NCBI GenBank assembly: GCA_041288095.1
Contig: JBGGMJ010000082.1
Location: forward strand, 1-64,000
From: Myxococcota bacterium
GTDB taxonomy: Bacteria; Myxococcota; XYA12-FULL-58-9; JALHOP01
Direction of reading: 5' to 3'
Length of the DNA: 64,000 nucleotides
Each line of letters opens with the position of its first letter. The first letter of the stretch is position 1. The translations under genes were made by a program, and so were the position numbers. Below, piece by piece: positions 57,999 to 64,000 of this stretch. The notes beneath the pieces are model-generated. The model saw only the letters and a list, made by a program, of their open reading frames with translations, was not told the DNA's origin and made no database searches.

Positions 57999-59522
57999 TC
58001 ATGGCGAGTCGGAGCGAGCTTCGCTCCGCCACGTGGCGCGCACGCCGTCGCGCAGACCCGCGAGGGCGGCGCTGTCGTAGTAGATGCCACGTGACACGAC
58101 GGCATGGATGCGCCGTGTGTTGGCGATGCTCTCGAGCGGATTGGCGTCGAGGACCACGAGGTCCGCGAGCTTGCCGGGGGCGACGGTGCCCATCTCGCTC
58201 TCGGCAGCGAGGTAGCGCGCCGGATTCACCGTGGCGGCACGCAAGGCTTCGAGCGGCGTGAGCCCGGCTTCGACCAGGAGCTGTAGCTCGCCATGTAGGC
58301 CGGCACCGGCGAGGATGTACGCGTTGCTCTCGTCAGTGCCCGCGAGCAGCGGGACGCCGGCGCGCTGCATGGCGGCGACCAGCGGCACATAGTCGCGGTA
58401 GAGCTGCCGCATCGCCGCATACACCTCGGGTGTTCGGCCTTTGACCAGGGGATTCGCGCTCGGGTCCCAATAGCGGCGCAGCGCCGGCGACACGAACGCG
58501 AAGTCTTCGGGTGACACGAGACCCGAGGGGTCGTCGAGGTAGGCGCCGTGGTGCAGCATCGACAACGTCGGCACGATCCAGGTGCCGTTGGCCTTGAAGC
58601 GCGCGAACAACGCCGCGGCGCGGGCCGGGTCATGGCTCGCGACGGCCTCGATGGTCTGCAGCCGCCGAAACTTCCAGTACGCGGCTCCGTCTGGATTCGA
58701 CGCCATGAACTCGGCCTGTCGCTGCTTGAACGTGTCCGCTTTGGAAGACAGAACGAGCGGCAGGCCGATCAAGTGCTCCATGCTCTTCTGGCCGGCTTCG
58801 CTCGCCTCGGCGATGGTCACCGACTCGGGCACGTGGCCGGCGAACGGCATGCCCAACTTCCTGGTCTCGTCAGCGATGGCGTAGAAGACCTCGCGCGGCA
58901 ACAGCGAGTAGATCTTGATGAAGTCCGCTCCCTCGGCGCGGGCATCACGCACGGCGCGTCGAGCCTCGTCCGCTGTAGCGAGCGCGACCGAATGCGGCCA
59001 GATCACCTTAGGACCGTCGAAGATGTCGCTCGCCATGTGCATGCGGGGACCGACGGCGCGGCCGCTCTCGAAGGCGTCGCGCAGCTCGTAGTGACGGCGG
59101 TCTCCCGGTGCGTCGGGCATCGGTAAGGTGGCGCCCTGGGCGTCGCTCACGAAGTGCCAGTTCGACCACATGAGACGCACTCCGGTGACGCCCCTGGCGA
59201 CGAAGAGCGGCCCGGAAGTCAGGTCGGCGAAATGGACGTGCATGTCCCAAAGGCCCGGGATGACGAACTTGCCCGTGGCGTCGATGGGGACAATGCCGTC
59301 GGGTACGGCGTCGGCCGGCCCCACCTGAGTGATGCGGCCCTCCTCGACGACGACGGCGCGATCACGCAGCAGGCCGCCACTTTCGACATCGACGACGTCG
59401 GCATGCATCAAAGCAAAGCGGCTGGCGTCAGATGCAATGGCCTGGCGCGGCGCCTGGGCGACCTTGGCGCAGGCGCCGAGGAGACAGAGGAGCGGCAGGA
59501 GGCGAGAGGTTTTGGGAGACAT
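57999..59522 (-). CDS. Amidohydrolase family lipoprotein
   Basis: Lipobox LGAC; PGLWDMHVH, FIKIY, GH, EH, AGTD, GKLADLV. Confidence 0.9.
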   Translation of the reverse strand: MSPKTSRLLPLLCLLGACAKVAQAPRQAIASDASRFALMHADVVDVESGGLLRDRAVVVEEGRITQVGPADAVPDGIVPIDATGKFVIPGLWDMHVHFADLTSGPLFVARGVTGVRLMWSNWHFVSDAQGATLPMPDAPGDRRHYELRDAFESGRAVGPRMHMASDIFDGPKVIWPHSVALATADEARRAVRDARAEGADFIKIYSLLPREVFYAIADETRKLGMPFAGHVPESVTIAEASEAGQKSMEHLIGLPLVLSSKADTFKQRQAEFMASNPDGAAYWKFRRLQTIEAVASHDPARAAALFARFKANGTWIVPTLSMLHHGAYLDDPSGLVSPEDFAFVSPALRRYWDPSANPLVKGRTPEVYAAMRQLYRDYVPLVAAMQRAGVPLLAGTDESNAYILAGAGLHGELQLLVEAGLTPLEALRAATVNPARYLAAESEMGTVAPGKLADLVVLDANPLESIANTRRIHAVVSRGIYYDSAALAGLRDGVRATWRSEARSDSP

Positions 59523-59685
59523 GGCCTGACAAGGCCACACTGGAAATCCGCCTGCAAACAAGCAACTCTGACCCTCGAGCAGCCGAGAATAGAGGCAGCT
59601 TTGATTCGATAACGGGGCGGCGTGTATTTGCGTCGCCAGGGTTGTCGAAGATCAGCGAAAAGTCGTGAGATTTGAGGAGCGTTCG

Positions 59686-61056
59686 ATGTCCTTTCGCGTT
59701 GTGGCGCTAGGTAGCTTGCTCGCGGCTCTCGCCGCCTGTAGCGGCAGCAGCAAGGTCGGTCAGTGCAATGCCACCAACGAGTGCCCCGCCGGCGAGGTGT
59801 GCCAGAACAAGGTCTGCGCCCGCACGTGCGACAGCACGACCCCCTGCCCTGGCGGTTACAGCTGCCAGAACGGCCTCTGCGTGACCGGGTCGACCGGAGC
59901 TCCAGAGCTCTCCTCGGTCGCCGGCATGAGCACGGAGATCTGCGATGACGGCGTGCCCTGCATCGGCGCCGGCTTCGTGGTCAGCGGCGCGCACCTCGCG
60001 AACGCTATCTTCACCATCACCGGTCCCGACGCCGCAGCGAACTCGTACGAAATGACGCGCGTGAACGCCACGAGCGACGACAACACGGCGGAGCTCACCC
60101 CGGTCTTCCCGCGCCGCCAGGTCGATCTCGGCGAAGGCACCTACGTCATCACCGCGGTGAACCAATCGGGCACCGGCAACGCCAACGTCCAGCTCTTGCG
60201 CGGCGAGGCCGGCCCGGCGCTCACCGCCGACCAGCTCATCGACCGCATCAACACCGCGTCGACCGGCAAGAAGATCCAGGCGCGCTTCCTCGACGTCGTC
60301 GGGGGCGGCGGCAGCGGCGCGACCGGTACGCTCACCAGCTACGAGAACGGCGGCGCTCCTGTCGACTCGCAACTCCAGCTGCGCGAGATGCGCGTCGTCG
60401 TCAACGGCGGCACCACCAACGCAGCCTCGGTCGCGATCAACGAATCGAAGCTCGAGGAGCTCTGCGCCGACGCCAACGGCTGCTCGATCACCCTGGGCGC
60501 CACGCGCTTCCACGATCAAGCCGTGCCGTCCTACGTCATCGCGGCGCCGCTCAACGGCGGTGAGTGCCGCTTCTACCTCGATCTCGCCAACCACAGCTGG
60601 ACGCTGTCGCAAGACTGCGTCGCGACGTACGGCGTTTACGCCTACAACGGCACCTCGGGCCAATACGAGTTCTCACGTGCTTATCAACGCTACGAGTACT
60701 CGAGCGCCTACGGCTTCGACGGCAGCGGCGCGACCGGCACGTACACCTGCGGCGGCACGCAGGGCGGCGACCTCGACGGCCAGCCGCTCATCGTCGCGAG
60801 CTTCAAGGGCGCGTGCTACTTCGCCGAGGCACCCGCTGATACCGCGGGCGCGCAAACCGGATGCTTCACCGCCGACAACAGCGCGGGGTTCTATCTGACC
60901 GCGTCGCACCCGGCGTGGGACTACCCGGGCTCGTATCCCAAGGCCGACGTCGATGCCGATGGCGACGGCGACCACGATGGAACCGGAGCCCCGGCTCCCC
61001 GCCCCTGGCTTGCTGAGGATGCGCAACGCCAATGCGTGCTCACTATCAAGGACTAG
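59686..61056 (+). CDS. Cys-rich surface lipoprotein
   Basis: GAGGAG RBS, lipobox LAAC, two C-x5-C-x5-C-x4-C modules, Ig-like segment, DVDADGDGDHDG motif. Confidence 0.82.
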   Translation: MSFRVVALGSLLAALAACSGSSKVGQCNATNECPAGEVCQNKVCARTCDSTTPCPGGYSCQNGLCVTGSTGAPELSSVAGMSTEICDDGVPCIGAGFVVSGAHLANAIFTITGPDAAANSYEMTRVNATSDDNTAELTPVFPRRQVDLGEGTYVITAVNQSGTGNANVQLLRGEAGPALTADQLIDRINTASTGKKIQARFLDVVGGGGSGATGTLTSYENGGAPVDSQLQLREMRVVVNGGTTNAASVAINESKLEELCADANGCSITLGATRFHDQAVPSYVIAAPLNGGECRFYLDLANHSWTLSQDCVATYGVYAYNGTSGQYEFSRAYQRYEYSSAYGFDGSGATGTYTCGGTQGGDLDGQPLIVASFKGACYFAEAPADTAGAQTGCFTADNSAGFYLTASHPAWDYPGSYPKADVDADGDGDHDGTGAPAPRPWLAEDAQRQCVLTIKD

Positions 61057-62969
61057 TCGTAACCACCTTGATGGTGTGCGCCGGTGCCGCTTGTGGCGGC
61101 ACCGACGAGACCGCGCGTACCTGCAACGCTACAGCGGAGTGCGAAGACGGTTTCGTTTGCGCCGCCGGCTACTGCATCCTCGAAGATCGCGCCTGCAACT
61201 CCACGGCGCCCTGCCCCGGCGACCTCAATTGTTGCGGCGGTACCTGTAAAGAGGGCGGCTGCTGTCAGGCCGACGTCGAATGCAACGGCGGCTATTGCGT
61301 CGAGGGCGCTTGCGTCGACGGCACCCGCGGCGCCTGTGATTTCGACGGCGAGTGCGGCCAAGGCGCGCAGTGTCTGACGACGATTCGCCAGTGCGTCGAG
61401 TGCATCGCTTCAGCGGACTGTAACCCGGGCTACAGCTGCTCTCCCTCGCATGCCTGTGTCGTCGAGACCGGCTGCAACACCGGTGCGTGCGCGGACATCG
61501 GCAAGGTCTGCGCCCCCGAACAAGGCCAGTGCCGCAATTGCGTCGACGACGCGGAGTGCGGGCGGAAGATCTGCGAGAACGGCAGCTGCGTCGACTGTGT
61601 CGCCAGCAATCAGTGCGGCGGCGACCGCGTCTGCATGGACGGCAGCTGCGTGCGCGGCCAAGGCACGACGTGCAACTCCGACGGCGACTGTGGCGGCCTC
61701 ATCTGTGTCACCACCGGCACGGACAAGACCTGCGAGCCCTGCTTCGACGACTTCGAGTGCCCGGTTGGCGCCGAGTGCATCGACAATCGCTGCTACGCGA
61801 CCGACGGTGAATGCCAAGGCGATGCCGGCTGTGACGTGCCCAACGAGGTTTGCAACTACGACGCCTGCGTCCCGGGCTGCGCCAGCACGGGTTGCCCCAC
61901 CGGCGACATCTGCAATCCCAACACCGGCCGCTGCGTACCCTTCACCGACGGCACCGAAGACCTCGGCGAGCCCTGCGAAACGCACGCCGACTGCATGAGC
62001 AACGTCTGCTGGCCCATCGACGTCTCACCGACCACCGCCGTCCGCCGTTGCGGACAAACCTGCACGTCGACCGACGATTGCCCGACCGGCTTCGTTTGCC
62101 ACGAGCTCGGCGACGGCGGCACCTGTCTACCCGTCGACTTCTACCCCGACGGTGGCCCGCGCAATGTCGCGCCCAACGGCACCTGCACCGACACCTTCGT
62201 GAGTGAGCAGTGCGTCAGCGGTTACTGCAACGACTCCGCGAACAGCTGCTACGAGACTTGCGGCAACGACACCGACTGCAACCCCAGCGGCGCCGGCAAC
62301 GTCTGCGTGATGCGGCGTCAGGTGAACGTCGACAAGGACGGCGACGGTGTCGTGCAGCAGGACGAGGTCGCTTTCACCGCCCTGTGCCAGCCACCCCTTC
62401 CTGGTGACTCCCTCGGGGCCGGCGCGGTGTGCTCCAACGCCGGCGTCACGCCGCAGCAACGTGACCACGACAAGTGCGACAGTGGCTATTGCGCCCAGAC
62501 GCCCGACTCGACCAAGAGCGCGCGTTGCGCCGGAGGCTGCTGCACGCCCTCGGACTGCTCGCCGTCGGCGCCGATCTGCAAACCACTCGATGTCTGGGAC
62601 GGCCTGCGCCAAGGCGTGAGTGAGCCCTACGGCTTCCAGAAGGTTTGCCTCTATCGTGAGTGGAGCGGCGGCAAGCAGCTCGGCGCCACCTGTAACGCGA
62701 ACAGCGAGTGCCTGAGCGAGATCTGCGCCCAGGGCGCGTCCGGCGTGAAGCGCTGCACACAGACCTGCTGCACCAATCTCGATTGTGCGGGCCTCGGCTG
62801 GACCTCGGGATGCAGGCCGCCGTTCTTCGATGCCCTGACCAGCACCGGCGAAGAGTCGGTCGCCGATGCGCAGTTCGAGCAGCTGGTTTACGCCTTGGGG
62901 CGGCAAATCGTCGGCAACGGGTCGACGGGCACGTCGTTCGGGGTGACGCCGATCTGCTTCCCGGAGTAG
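61032..62969 (+). CDS. Very Cys-rich repeat lipoprotein (Dickkopf-like repeats)
   Basis: Lipobox GAAC; many C-x5-C...C repeats; DKDGDGVV motif. Confidence 0.85.
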   Translation: MRAHYQGLVVTTLMVCAGAACGGTDETARTCNATAECEDGFVCAAGYCILEDRACNSTAPCPGDLNCCGGTCKEGGCCQADVECNGGYCVEGACVDGTRGACDFDGECGQGAQCLTTIRQCVECIASADCNPGYSCSPSHACVVETGCNTGACADIGKVCAPEQGQCRNCVDDAECGRKICENGSCVDCVASNQCGGDRVCMDGSCVRGQGTTCNSDGDCGGLICVTTGTDKTCEPCFDDFECPVGAECIDNRCYATDGECQGDAGCDVPNEVCNYDACVPGCASTGCPTGDICNPNTGRCVPFTDGTEDLGEPCETHADCMSNVCWPIDVSPTTAVRRCGQTCTSTDDCPTGFVCHELGDGGTCLPVDFYPDGGPRNVAPNGTCTDTFVSEQCVSGYCNDSANSCYETCGNDTDCNPSGAGNVCVMRRQVNVDKDGDGVVQQDEVAFTALCQPPLPGDSLGAGAVCSNAGVTPQQRDHDKCDSGYCAQTPDSTKSARCAGGCCTPSDCSPSAPICKPLDVWDGLRQGVSEPYGFQKVCLYREWSGGKQLGATCNANSECLSEICAQGASGVKRCTQTCCTNLDCAGLGWTSGCRPPFFDALTSTGEESVADAQFEQLVYALGRQIVGNGSTGTSFGVTPICFPE

Positions 62970-62992
62970 CGGTCCGCGGTTACAGTGCGGCG

Positions 62993-63832
62993 ATGGATTC
63001 GGTGCGCGCCCGTATCAAGGAGCTCTCCCGCGCCGTCGCCGAGGGGCGGCTGGCGCTCGCCGAGATCGCGGCCATTTCGCCGGACGAGCTCGACGCCATC
63101 TACGAAACCGCGGTGATGCGCCTCGATGTCGGTCGCTACGCCGACGCGGCACGCATGCTCGCGTCCCTGGTGGTGCTCTACCCTTTCGCCTGCGAGTACT
63201 GGCGAGCGTACGCTATCGCGCTCAAGCTCCTCGGTGAGACAGCCGCGGCGCAACGCGCTCAAGCGATGGTGCGGTCGCTCGACCCAGGTACACCCGAAGA
63301 GCTGGTGCGTGAGCTGTTGGGGGACCACAAAGTCGATGAGCCCACCAACCCGCGCATCGAGAACAAGCCCGAGATCACCGCCATGGTCGACCTCGGCGAT
63401 ATCTCACCTCGCCGCGGCGCCCCGGGCGAGACCACGGAGCCGCGTATCCAGGTGACACCGGTGCGGCTGGGCGACCACGGCACCACGACGCAATCGATGA
63501 CGGTCCGTCCCGAGATCACGGTGACGGCGGTGCCGAACGCGCCCATGGTCCAGCACGAGCCGACCGAGCGCATCCACTGGCCCATCGAGGAGGAACCGAC
63601 GGCCCTCAATATCCGACCCGGTGTCCCGACCCAGCCGCGTCCCATGAAGCGCGAGCGCAGCGTGACCGCTTTGGTGGACAGGCGGCCCCGACCCATCGAG
63701 AGCGGCGGCGACACGGCGCGCATCGACCGGCGCTTCCGCAGGCGCGTCATGGAGACCGGGCCGGCCGCCGACGATAGCCTCACGGCGGTCATCCGGCGCC
63801 GTAAGGGCCTGCCGCTCGGAGAAGACGCATGA
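62993..63832 (+). CDS. SycD/LcrH-like TPR chaperone domain with Thr-rich disordered tail
   Basis: LAEIAAISPDELDAIYETAV..LDVGRYADA..L..LVVLYP...YW matches class II T3SS chaperone pattern. Confidence 0.65.
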   Translation: MDSVRARIKELSRAVAEGRLALAEIAAISPDELDAIYETAVMRLDVGRYADAARMLASLVVLYPFACEYWRAYAIALKLLGETAAAQRAQAMVRSLDPGTPEELVRELLGDHKVDEPTNPRIENKPEITAMVDLGDISPRRGAPGETTEPRIQVTPVRLGDHGTTTQSMTVRPEITVTAVPNAPMVQHEPTERIHWPIEEEPTALNIRPGVPTQPRPMKRERSVTALVDRRPRPIESGGDTARIDRRFRRRVMETGPAADDSLTAVIRRRKGLPLGEDA

Positions 63833-64000
63833 AAGATCCTGCGCGCTACAAGGCCATCGTCCCCGAGGCGGATCGCAAGCTCTTCGACCCCGATGCTTGG
63901 CTGTCGGCGGCGGTGGCGCTCGATGTCCTGTCGACACGCTTGGGCGCCATCGACCCCAGGGCCCTGTACATCGACGAGGTCGTACGCGCCGCCGTCGAGG
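63829..64000 (+). CDS. Hypothetical protein, partial (runs off window end)
   Basis: ATGA overlap; open frame MKDPARYKAIVPEADRKLFDPDAWLS... Confidence 0.65.
   Translation, partial: MKDPARYKAIVPEADRKLFDPDAWLSAAVALDVLSTRLGAIDPRALYIDEVVRAAVE

Noticed and set aside
59760..62800. Repetitive tgc-rich DNA as a possible CRISPR or DNA repeat
   Set aside because: Periodicity follows Cys codons of protein repeats; no identical direct repeats with spacers

Overview
High-GC bacterial chromosomal window, most likely from a Myxococcota (myxobacteria-like) organism. Indicators are a CdnL-type CarD, a tandem TIGR04563-like pair, a DUF1592/DUF1552 pair, an FHA-sigma54 activator, a FrzS/AglZ-like pseudo-receiver and Cys-rich lipoproteins. 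The backbone is housekeeping genes (trpD end, recG, greA, sucCD, ndk, rlmN, queG, xth, dcd, ald, carD/cdnL). Three accessory layers stand out. (1) A compact Haliangium-type bacterial microcompartment operon (BMC-T, BMC-H, BMC-P, aldehyde dehydrogenase with encapsulation peptide) and no signature enzyme. (2) Six to seven dispersed + strand genes without signal peptides, mostly orphans, share an upstream AAC-N14/15-GCCGA(T)A-like motif resembling a sigma28/FliA promoter. The window also has a Bsp22/EspA-like type III tip/filament-type gene co-transcribed with a sensor-less sigma54 activator, flanked by two paralogous orphans, and a SycD/LcrH-like chaperone near the end. Together these suggest an undescribed T3SS-linked effector regulon (inference). 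(3) Smaller oddities: a 14x7-bp tandem array inside recG, an autoregulated near-leaderless SigR/SigH-type ECF promoter, a tandem pair of exported HEAT-like paralogs, an MBL-cNMP fusion, and substitutions in a conserved CdnL motif. I saw no rRNA, tRNA, CRISPR array or transposase. All family calls come from motif recognition by eye, not database searches.
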